A DNA stretch of 64,000 bases from an uncultured Acidobacteriota bacterium. Its GTDB lineage: Bacteria > Acidobacteriota > Thermoanaerobaculia > Multivoradales > JAHEKO01. The position numbers were made by a program, and so were the translations under genes. Shown here in pieces: positions 56,906 to 64,000 of the stretch (the first letter of the stretch is position 1; each line of letters opens with the position of its first letter). Location: assembly GCA_963713825.1 (NCBI GenBank), contig CAVQNG010000005.1, positions 227,503-291,502 of the forward strand, read 5' to 3'. The notes under the pieces are model-generated. The model saw only the letters and a list, made by a program, of their open reading frames with translations. It was not told where the DNA came from and did no database searches.

Positions 56906-59116
56906 TCAACCCAGCTCGCGAAGAGCTGGGTCCTGCGGCCAACGGCGAAGAGCATCCTGTAACACGCTGTTGGCGACTGCCGGTTGACCGATACGGCGGA
57001 GGGTCTGGACGGCCTTGGCATGGGCCACCGCGGTGGGATTCTCCTCGACCATTCGTTGGAGGCTGGCTCGAGCCTGTTGCGAGTCGCCCTGCATGGTGTA
57101 GACCACGGCAAGACTGGTGAAGGCGTCCAGCTCTGTAGGGAACAGATCGGTCTCCTTGGCGTAGGCCTCGGTGGCCTTGTCGAGCTCTTCGAGTCGGGCG
57201 AAGCAGCTGCCTCGTAGGTAGTACGCACCACGAATCGACGGCCAGTCGGTCCGGTCACCGAACTCCGAGAGAAGCTCATCGGTGAGGTCCAGCGCCTCCC
57301 TGAAGCGGTTCTGGCTGAAGCGCAGCTCGGCGGCAGTGAGGAGTGGCCCCAGCCGGGAGCCACGGCGGGCTAGAGCCTCCTCGACGATCGGCGCAGCACT
57401 GCCCAGGTCACCCTGGCGAATTCGAATCTGGGCCAGCACGTCGCGACTCTGCTCGTGACCGTCGACCGCCAGCTCGGCGTACTGCGCTGCCTCGTCGAGT
57501 CGCCCCAGACCGAGGAGCGCGGAAGCCATCGCGCCTGCTACCGGCGGAGAACCTCCTGATAGCTCCATGGCTCGTTCGAAGGCTTCGAGAGCCGCCTGTG
57601 TCTGTCCCATCGCCATACGCGCGTGGCCGAGCTGCTCCCAGGCATCGATCAGCTGCGGTTGTTTGTCGGCCACTGCCTGGAAGGCCTCCGCGGCCGCTTC
57701 GTAGCTACCCTGGGCGTAGGCCTCGAATGCGACCTTCAGCTCTTCGACGGTTGCCAGCTGGCTCTTGGGGTCGGCGAGATCGCCGCTGTCGCTGCCGACG
57801 GTCGACCCCAGATACCCCAGAGCGGCCAGCCGGGCGCGAGTTTCGGCATCTTCCTCGGAAGGGGGAGCGAAACTCTGCTCGTAGGCGTCGAGATGCTGGC
57901 GCATCCTGCCGAGAGCACGGCGGTCGTCACGCAGGATGTTGTTGGTTTCTCCCGGATCCTGGTCGAGATGGTAGAGCTCCGGGTCGGGTCCCTGAATGTA
58001 GTGGTAGGGCGGGTCGACAACCGAGAAGAGCTCGCTCCACCCGAAGTGAAACCGCGGGAAGAAGGTCTCGGAGTAGATGGGGCGAGGCTCTCCCTCATCC
58101 TCGCCGGCCAGCAGAGATCGGCCAGGCAGGTCTTGGGGAATGTCGATGTCGAGTAGAGCCGCGATTGTCGGGACGACGTCGATGAGGCCGACGGCCCGCT
58201 CGACCGTGGTTCCACCCTTGTCCGCAGAAGGCAATTTGAGAAGAAGCGGGATCTGCAGGGACTCTCGATAGAGCAACAGGCCATGCTCGTAGTCGCCATG
58301 GTCGTACAGCCCCTCGCCGTGGTCGGAGGTAAGGATGATGATGGACGAGTCGTAGATGTCGAGCTTTTGGAGCTCATCGAGGAGCGCGCCGATCACCGCG
58401 TCGGCGGCCGCCACCTCGCCATCGTAGGCCGACTCGTAGCGTGAGGCGAAGGGCTCCGGAGGATCATGGGGAGCATGAGGCTCATAGATGTGAAAGAAGA
58501 AGAAGAAGGGCTCGCCGGCCACCGATTGAAGCCAGTCTCGCGCCGCAGCGAGGGTGTCGTGGCCGTCGCGCTGGACGTCGCTGAGCAGCGTCTTGGCGCC
58601 GATCACCAGGTGGTCGTCGTAGAAGTCGAATCCGGCATCGAGACCCGCCGTGGCTCGCAGAACGAAGGCCGACACTGCAGCACCCGTGCGGTAGCCGAGC
58701 TTCTCGAGCATCCTGGGAAGGTATGGCAGGCCTTCGGTCCTGAGGCGGTAGCCGGCATTGTCGCGCACTCCGTGCTCGGGCGGGTAGAGGCCCGTGAGCA
58801 TGGAAACGTGTGCCGGCAGGGTAAGGGGTACTTGTGTATAGGCCTGGCGAAAGAGGATCGAGTCGGCCCTCAGGCGGTCGATCGCCGGCGTCGCGACCCG
58901 ATCGTAGCCGTAGGCGGGGAGCCGGTCGGAGCGCAGGGTATCAATCGAGATCAGGATAACGGGGGTGCCCGATGCAGCCGACGGCCCTGCCGCCTGCCGG
59001 TCGCAGGAGAGAAGGCTGAGCCCCAACAGCGCGAGCCAACAAACAACCAGCCCGCGCTCGGTGATCGAGCGCAGGGCCGGAAGGGAACGACTTCGAACGG
59101 TTTTCGTGGTGGCCAA
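56906..59116 (-). CDS. sulfatase-like (alkaline phosphatase superfamily) lipoprotein plus TPR fusion, paralog 3 (intact)
   Basis: Lipobox LLSCDR. PVILISIDTLRSDRLP, VPLTLPAHVSMLTGLYPPEHGVRDN, FFFFFHIYEPH, LTSDHGEGL, then a C-terminal TPR array of about 330 aa. 736 aa. Confidence 0.85.
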   Translation of the reverse strand: MATTKTVRSRSLPALRSITERGLVVCWLALLGLSLLSCDRQAAGPSAASGTPVILISIDTLRSDRLPAYGYDRVATPAIDRLRADSILFRQAYTQVPLTLPAHVSMLTGLYPPEHGVRDNAGYRLRTEGLPYLPRMLEKLGYRTGAAVSAFVLRATAGLDAGFDFYDDHLVIGAKTLLSDVQRDGHDTLAAARDWLQSVAGEPFFFFFHIYEPHAPHDPPEPFASRYESAYDGEVAAADAVIGALLDELQKLDIYDSSIIILTSDHGEGLYDHGDYEHGLLLYRESLQIPLLLKLPSADKGGTTVERAVGLIDVVPTIAALLDIDIPQDLPGRSLLAGEDEGEPRPIYSETFFPRFHFGWSELFSVVDPPYHYIQGPDPELYHLDQDPGETNNILRDDRRALGRMRQHLDAYEQSFAPPSEEDAETRARLAALGYLGSTVGSDSGDLADPKSQLATVEELKVAFEAYAQGSYEAAAEAFQAVADKQPQLIDAWEQLGHARMAMGQTQAALEAFERAMELSGGSPPVAGAMASALLGLGRLDEAAQYAELAVDGHEQSRDVLAQIRIRQGDLGSAAPIVEEALARRGSRLGPLLTAAELRFSQNRFREALDLTDELLSEFGDRTDWPSIRGAYYLRGSCFARLEELDKATEAYAKETDLFPTELDAFTSLAVVYTMQGDSQQARASLQRMVEENPTAVAHAKAVQTLRRIGQPAVANSVLQDALRRWPQDPALRELG

Positions 59117-59148
59117 GAGCGCGACAGCTCGGAAGAGCTGCGGTCCTC

Positions 59149-60093
59149 CTATTCACCCTGCTGCAGATACTCCAGGAAGTCCCTGGCCTCGGTCGCGCGT
59201 GGCGTGTCGGGAGCGAGCTCGATGAGCTTCTCGAAATCGGCCGCTGCGGCATCGTTCTCACCCTTGTTGAGCAGCACCAGACCTCGGTAGTAGTAGGCGG
59301 CCGCGAGGTCGGGGAAGTTCCCGACGACTCTCTCGAACTCCACCAGCGCCTCGTCCAGATTACCGTCGTTGTAGAGATCGATGCCGACGTTCAAATAGGC
59401 ATCGGCGTCGAGTAGCTCGCCTTCCGGGAGCTGATCCATGAAGACTTTTGCCTCGTCTGGGCGCCCCTGTGCCACCAACATGCTGCTCAGGAGCTTCAGA
59501 GCATCGATGTTGTCGGGCTCGATCTCCACGATCCGCCTCAGGGTTGCTTCGGCCTGTTCCAGGTTGTCTTCCTGGTAGTAGGTGCGGGCGATGCCCATCA
59601 GCACGGGAGGGTGATTCTCCACGTCGAGCTCGGCCAGCGCGTTCTCATACTCGGCCCGAGCCTCGGTGGTCTTGCCTTCCTGCAGGAGCTGATTCCCTTG
59701 TTCGAGGAGCTCCACCGACAACTCGGCTGCGGCCTCGGCCAGCACTTCCGGCGGGATGGGTCGCAGAGTGACATTGACGGTGGCGGATCTACCGAACTCA
59801 TTCGCCCCCACTGTTCCCTCTGAAGGGACATAGCCCGGAAACTCGATGCTGACGGTCCACATGCCGTTGGTCAGCCCAAGAAAACTCCACTTGCCCTTCG
59901 CGTTGGTGAAGAAGGGCTCGGGCCCCTCGCCGGCCCGGATGAGAGTGATCCTGGCGCCTTCGATGGGTTCGCCGTTTTCGTCCTTTACGGTGCCTTGTAA
60001 GCGGCCTCGCCCGGCCCAGCCCTGTGCCAGCACAGGGGTTGCCGCGACAGCCAGAAGTAGAGCTATCACTACCAGGGTTGCAACGTGTCGCAT
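59149..60093 (-). CDS. secreted carboxypeptidase-regulatory-like domain plus TPR protein
   Basis: Signal peptide MRHVATLVVIALLLAVAATPVLAQG. A CarbopepD_reg-like beta domain (GRLQGTVKDENGEPIEGARITLIRAG...GKWSFLGLTNGMWTVSIEFPGY) is followed by TPRs. The ORF opens at 60219. Confidence 0.7.
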   Translation of the reverse strand: MRHVATLVVIALLLAVAATPVLAQGWAGRGRLQGTVKDENGEPIEGARITLIRAGEGPEPFFTNAKGKWSFLGLTNGMWTVSIEFPGYVPSEGTVGANEFGRSATVNVTLRPIPPEVLAEAAAELSVELLEQGNQLLQEGKTTEARAEYENALAELDVENHPPVLMGIARTYYQEDNLEQAEATLRRIVEIEPDNIDALKLLSSMLVAQGRPDEAKVFMDQLPEGELLDADAYLNVGIDLYNDGNLDEALVEFERVVGNFPDLAAAYYYRGLVLLNKGENDAAAADFEKLIELAPDTPRATEARDFLEYLQQGE

Positions 60094-60185
60094 GCTGATC
60101 TCCTCATGGAATGTGGGCCGACGATCTGCCTCCAGCGGGGGGAGTGCCGCCGGCCAAAGACGGGCCGAGTTTAGCAGAAAAAAAA

Positions 60186-60208
60186 GCCGGGGGCTCGAGG
60201 CCCCCGGC
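60186..60208 (-). terminator. rho-independent terminator downstream of the TonB-dependent receptor gene
   Basis: On the minus strand: a 9-bp GC stem GCCGGGGGC / GCCCCCGGC with loop CUCGA, followed by U8. It lies 30 nt after the stop of the 60238-63315 gene. Confidence 0.6.
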
Positions 60209-60237
60209 GGGAAAAACAAGTGCTGCAGTACTAGGAC

Positions 60238-63200
60238 TTACCGCCAGTTCAAGCGGACACCGAGTCGGAAGACCCGAGGTGCCAGCGAGGTACTGATCCA
60301 CCCCACGTTGCTGGAGGTGGTGTTGCGGAAGCGATCCAGTACGACACCGTCGTTGAAGATATTGAAGGCATCGATCGAGAAGGTCAGGCCGAGGTTACCC
60401 GTCGTCCTGAACTCTTTTTCGAGCCGCATATCCATGGAGAACAGATCCTCCATTCGGTAGTCGTCGATGCTCGGAGCACCCTGAATCGACCGTGAAATTC
60501 CGTCCAGGCCGGTTCTGTTCCGGTAGTACGGAATCGGATAGCCCTGACGGCCGGTCATGTTGGCGGCGACGTTGAAGCCCCACGGGCGATCCGGCGCCAC
60601 CTGGTACATGCCATTCAAGTTCCAACCCCATTCGGACTGCAGCCAGGACTCGTTGCGGCCGGAACCAGTCGACTGAATGACATAGGTCGAGCCGTCGATC
60701 ACGGCACCAGCAGCCACGCCAGGCAGCACGCGGTTGGGATCGTTGTTGTTGAAGTAGCTCGTCGGCACACTCCAGGTCTCGTCGAAGTTGTACTGGACGT
60801 AACCACGCATCATCCACTGGTTCGCCAGTCGCTTCGTGAAGCCGATGGTGCCACCGAGGTAGTCGATCTCACGGTCACCGTTGGTGAACAGCTGACCACC
60901 CGTGTAGTTCCATTTCGACGGATCCGCCGAAAAGGTGTTATACGAGTAGGTCCCCGCAGGTCCACCAATGCCCGGAATCGTGATGTCGAGTTGGGTCGGG
61001 TCCGTGATGTACTCACTGGCCGGAATCGTCTGCGGTGTCGCGTTGTCGTTGCCGACAGGTGTGAACAGCCGCTGGAAGTCCTGTACATCCGTGACCTTAC
61101 GCCAGGTGAGAGTACCGCTGACCACGAACTCAGGCAGGAAGGCATGCTCGGCACCAAGGATCAACTCGTTGGTGAGCGGTGCATCCATGCCCGGGTCGTT
61201 CTTGTTGGATGACGACAGGGCTGTCGGGTCATTGGGGTTGAAGCCCCAGTATCCCGCCGCTACCTCGTACTGCTCGCCGTCATCGTAGAAGCCCGGGAAA
61301 CCACCCGGATCGTCGACGAAGACGATGTACGCTAGTTGCGCGGACAAGGGACTCGTGCGGCTGATATTGCCCAGCGACATGACATCCGGGAACTGCGAGA
61401 AGCTACCGCGCAGCAGCGTTTTGCGCTCCTCACCGAGGGCGTAAGTAACACCCAGGCGGGGAGTGATGCTCGACCAATTGAGCCCGTCGGCGTCGTTACC
61501 GGCGAAGTCGATGGCAGGCATTTCATTCGGGAAGCCGATGTTGGCATCCACGACACCAGCCGTGTTCTCACCGGACTGGTCGTCCCAACGGAAGCCGACG
61601 TTGAATGTCCATGAGCCCATCGTCATCGTGTCCTGGACCCACAACGAATCGTAATTCGTGATGTTAGGTACGGGACCCTGACGGTAGGCGTAGACCGCAG
61701 CGTAGTCGTCCGCACGGTTCACAGGCAGTCCAAGCGAGGCACCCAGAGCGACATCGCCCGCCACGCCGGCATAGGTGCCGTCGTAGTGGAAGATGTTCCG
61801 GCCGGGGTACGACCAGGCACTCTCGGTGGAAGCTTCACGCGTCCGGCCACCGAACTTGAGCTCGTGGTTCAAGTTCGACGTGGTGAAGAAGTAGGAGCCG
61901 TCGATCTTGATCTCCTCGGTCGGACGGCTGTTGCCGCCGGAAGCGTTGTTGGTCGTGAAACCGTTGCCGTCGGTGTACTTCTCACCGCCGGGGAACGGAT
62001 TTGCAGCGTTGCCCGAACCGGCACCACCCTGCGCCGTCAGCGAGAAACCGCCATCGACAAAGGAGTACTGACCGGTCAGGAAGAGGTTCGAGCCGAAGAC
62101 GTGCGTGTCCTCGATCTTGGTGATCCCCGTCGGACCACGCTGGTTCCAGGTCGCCGAGGGGTCGCTGTCCGGCGACGCGCCACGGCCGATCTTCCGTTTG
62201 TCACCGTTGTTGAAGGAGGCGACGAACGAGTTGGCCGCGGTGAACTGGGCGTTCAACTTGATCGCGGTGCCTTCGAGGATCGTGCGGTCGGACTGGCCAC
62301 CACCGGTGATCCGGTTGATGTCGTTCTGACCCCACGAAGCCCACAGCCAGACGCGATCCCGCCACGCCGGACCACCAGCCTCGAAGCCGAATTCCTGGAT
62401 ACGATCCACCGTGTCACCTTGATAGTTCGTCTGGCCCGGTCCGAGATCGCTCTGGCTGAAGCCAGGATCAGCGGCTTCGAGCGCGCCGAAGTAACCACCA
62501 GCGTCGGTCAGCAGGAAGCGGGCCGTGCCGCGGAACTCGTTGGTACCACGCTTGGTCACCATGTTGACCGAGACACCGGCTGCGCCCTTGCTTACATCGG
62601 GACCACCGGTTGCCAGCTGAATCTCGGAGAACTGGTCGAAATCGTAGTAGGTCGGTGAGGAGCCGATGGCGGACATGTCCGTGATCTGGACACCGTCGAC
62701 AAGAAAGTCGTTCTCGTCGCCGTTGTTGGCCTGGCCACGGAAGACGGCCTGCTGGCCGCTCTCGTTACCACCGACGTTGATGCGGTCGGTCATGACACCG
62801 GGAGCCTGCTGCACGATGGCCCACGGGTCACGCGCGCTCGGAATGCTCTCGAGCTCGACCTGACTGATCGTGGTACCGGCAGTGAGCTTGCGCTCATCCA
62901 ACAGCGGGCTCTCGGAAGTCACCGTGATCACCTCACCAATGGCAGCACTGAGCTGCACCTGGATCGTGGTGCTCTTACCGACTCTGACGCTGACGTTCGG
63001 GTACTCAACGGTGGAGAAACCGTCCAGGGTGGCCTTCAGGCTGTAATTGCCTGGGGCCAGACCGAGGAAACGTGTTTCACCCTGTGCGTTGGTAATCCCG
63101 AGTCTGGGCGCTCCGCCACCCACCATTTCAACATTGACGCCTGGCAGAGTTTGTCCTGCGGTGTCGGTGACCTGAACATAAATGTTCCCGGTCTCCTCCT

Positions 63201-63315
63201 GCGCTACTGCCATGGTGCTCAGCAGGAGCGCAACACCGAAGACAACGTACTTTCGCCACATGCTTCGGTTCATACGAAAAACCTCCTTGGTCATTCGTGT
63301 TTGGAGCTTTCGCAC
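60238..63315 (-). CDS. TonB-dependent receptor-like outer membrane protein with an N-terminal CarbopepD_reg domain
   Basis: Signal peptide. N-terminal carboxypeptidase-regulatory-like domain (GNIYVQVTDTAGQTLPGVNVEMVGG...LAPGNYSLKATLDGFST), a plug-like region, and a beta-barrel of about 750 aa. 1025 aa. Confidence 0.8.
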   Translation of the reverse strand: MRKLQTRMTKEVFRMNRSMWRKYVVFGVALLLSTMAVAQEETGNIYVQVTDTAGQTLPGVNVEMVGGGAPRLGITNAQGETRFLGLAPGNYSLKATLDGFSTVEYPNVSVRVGKSTTIQVQLSAAIGEVITVTSESPLLDERKLTAGTTISQVELESIPSARDPWAIVQQAPGVMTDRINVGGNESGQQAVFRGQANNGDENDFLVDGVQITDMSAIGSSPTYYDFDQFSEIQLATGGPDVSKGAAGVSVNMVTKRGTNEFRGTARFLLTDAGGYFGALEAADPGFSQSDLGPGQTNYQGDTVDRIQEFGFEAGGPAWRDRVWLWASWGQNDINRITGGGQSDRTILEGTAIKLNAQFTAANSFVASFNNGDKRKIGRGASPDSDPSATWNQRGPTGITKIEDTHVFGSNLFLTGQYSFVDGGFSLTAQGGAGSGNAANPFPGGEKYTDGNGFTTNNASGGNSRPTEEIKIDGSYFFTTSNLNHELKFGGRTREASTESAWSYPGRNIFHYDGTYAGVAGDVALGASLGLPVNRADDYAAVYAYRQGPVPNITNYDSLWVQDTMTMGSWTFNVGFRWDDQSGENTAGVVDANIGFPNEMPAIDFAGNDADGLNWSSITPRLGVTYALGEERKTLLRGSFSQFPDVMSLGNISRTSPLSAQLAYIVFVDDPGGFPGFYDDGEQYEVAAGYWGFNPNDPTALSSSNKNDPGMDAPLTNELILGAEHAFLPEFVVSGTLTWRKVTDVQDFQRLFTPVGNDNATPQTIPASEYITDPTQLDITIPGIGGPAGTYSYNTFSADPSKWNYTGGQLFTNGDREIDYLGGTIGFTKRLANQWMMRGYVQYNFDETWSVPTSYFNNNDPNRVLPGVAAGAVIDGSTYVIQSTGSGRNESWLQSEWGWNLNGMYQVAPDRPWGFNVAANMTGRQGYPIPYYRNRTGLDGISRSIQGAPSIDDYRMEDLFSMDMRLEKEFRTTGNLGLTFSIDAFNIFNDGVVLDRFRNTTSSNVGWISTSLAPRVFRLGVRLNWR

Positions 63316-63755
63316 GCTGCCAAAGCTCCGCTTACGTTGTTATAAAAGAACGAGGACATGACATCCTCGAATGCACACGCTGGATAAAGCCTCACCGAAT
63401 TGTCCGAACTCGAAAACTCTATAGAAACCATCACTACCAAGTCAAGCAAAGTCGCTGCCAACTTTTTTGGCGACTTGTTTGAGACTACTAAATGTTTGAT
63501 AAGTATAGGCTTAGGGCTTTCCACAAGGGGTGTGGACTGAGGTGGGGAAGGGGTCGATTCGGTCCTTTGAACTCGTCCAATCCAATTTTCTGGATTCTGG
63601 CCCCGTAAGGCCCTGGGAAGCCTTGGGTGCAGGGCTGGATCTGCTGGCAATCGGGACGGAGTATGATGATGCGACCGACCGGCGCTGCGGCCCAGCAAAC
63701 CTTTCCGCAGGGCTCGACGTATGGGAAGGATGGGAGATCAGTGAAACACGGCACC

Positions 63756-64000
63756 ATGAAGGCAAGATCAGGTTTTCAGATTCTCTCGCTGGCCGTGCTG
63801 TGCACGGCGGTTGCGGGCTGCTCGGGATACGAGCCGATCGATCCTCAGGAGCTCTTGTACGACGATTTGGCGGCGAGAGTTGGAGCCGAGAGAGCCCGGA
63901 GCATTGCAGTGCCCTTCCAGATCAATGATGAGATCCGCCAGGCAATGCGTGGGCGCGCCATGCCGATCGGCCGCGAGAAGACGCGCACCAGTGCGATTCT
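63756..64000 (+). CDS. hypothetical lipoprotein; the 3' end lies outside the window
   Basis: MKARSGFQILSLAVLCTAVAGCSGYEPIDPQELLYDDL..., lipobox VAGCS. The frame runs open to the end of the window. The track's ORF 63530-63928 is in a different frame and looks spurious. Confidence 0.4.
   Translation, partial: MKARSGFQILSLAVLCTAVAGCSGYEPIDPQELLYDDLAARVGAERARSIAVPFQINDEIRQAMRGRAMPIGREKTRTSAI

Noticed and set aside
1-64000. CRISPR arrays, tRNA/rRNA genes, transposases, integrases and other known mobile-element or defence genes
   Set aside because: I found no regularly spaced direct repeats, no cloverleaf-foldable segments, and no ORFs with transposase, integrase, Cas, RM or toxin-antitoxin hallmarks. 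The second half looks accessory because of paralog expansion, not because of mobile elements.

Overview
This is a high-GC (about 65-68%) bacterial chromosomal window in which nearly every gene can be named from its protein sequence. The gene complement resembles Acidobacteriota, Gemmatimonadota or Myxococcota, but I have not verified the taxonomy.

The first 32 kb is conserved housekeeping:
- the 3' end of tgt, then yajC-secD-secF;
- a bifunctional Rel (p)ppGpp synthetase/hydrolase;
- rpmB (L28) on the minus strand;
- a complete type IV pilus assembly operon pilM-pilN-pilO-pilP-pilQ, followed by three lipoproteins with Ig-like (IPT/TIG, Big-like, PKD) domains;
- a TPR protein followed by a Roadblock/LC7 (MglB-like) protein;
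- accB and accC;
- an NSS-family Na+ symporter with a MetS-like small subunit;
- aroK and a metallophosphoesterase;
- a complete minus-strand System I cytochrome c maturation operon ccmABCDEFGHI whose genes overlap at ATGA start/stop junctions;
- a HEAT-repeat/cyclophilin fusion lipoprotein, a thioredoxin-like protein and a 2-hydroxyacid dehydrogenase;
- an ECF sigma factor and its anti-sigma factor.

The second half (about 34-63 kb) is an accessory-like island built from three paralogous families, all carrying signal peptides or lipoboxes. It is interrupted only by a membrane-anchored bactofilin-like protein, hbd, a zinc-ribbon TPR protein and proS.
- Three sulfatase-like N-terminal domains are fused to C-terminal TPR arrays. 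In all three, Thr and His replace the formylglycine-forming Cys/Ser and the Arg of the sulfatase C-x-P-x-R motif. Two of the three are interrupted by +/-1 frameshifts in the sequence as given.
- Three CRTAC1-family proteins (FG-GAP beta-propeller plus ASPIC/UnbV domain) each sit next to a TPR protein with a start/stop junction of ATGA, TGATG or GTGA type.
- There are six or more periplasmic TPR proteins in total.
- The island ends with a CarbopepD_reg-TPR protein and a CarbopepD_reg-type TonB-dependent receptor, which is followed by a clean rho-independent terminator.

This expanded sulfatase-like/TPR/CRTAC1/TonB-receptor module is the best candidate for an undescribed periplasmic or outer-membrane system.

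Two further non-coding points stand out:
- a 16-bp-stem hairpin lies in the rpmB/pilM divergent intergenic region;
- a 680-bp GC-rich non-coding stretch with imperfect direct repeats lies between the anti-sigma factor gene and the first sulfatase-like gene.

I found no CRISPR arrays, tRNA or rRNA genes, or recognisable mobile elements. Many long antisense or alternate-frame ORFs in the six-frame track are GC-driven artefacts.
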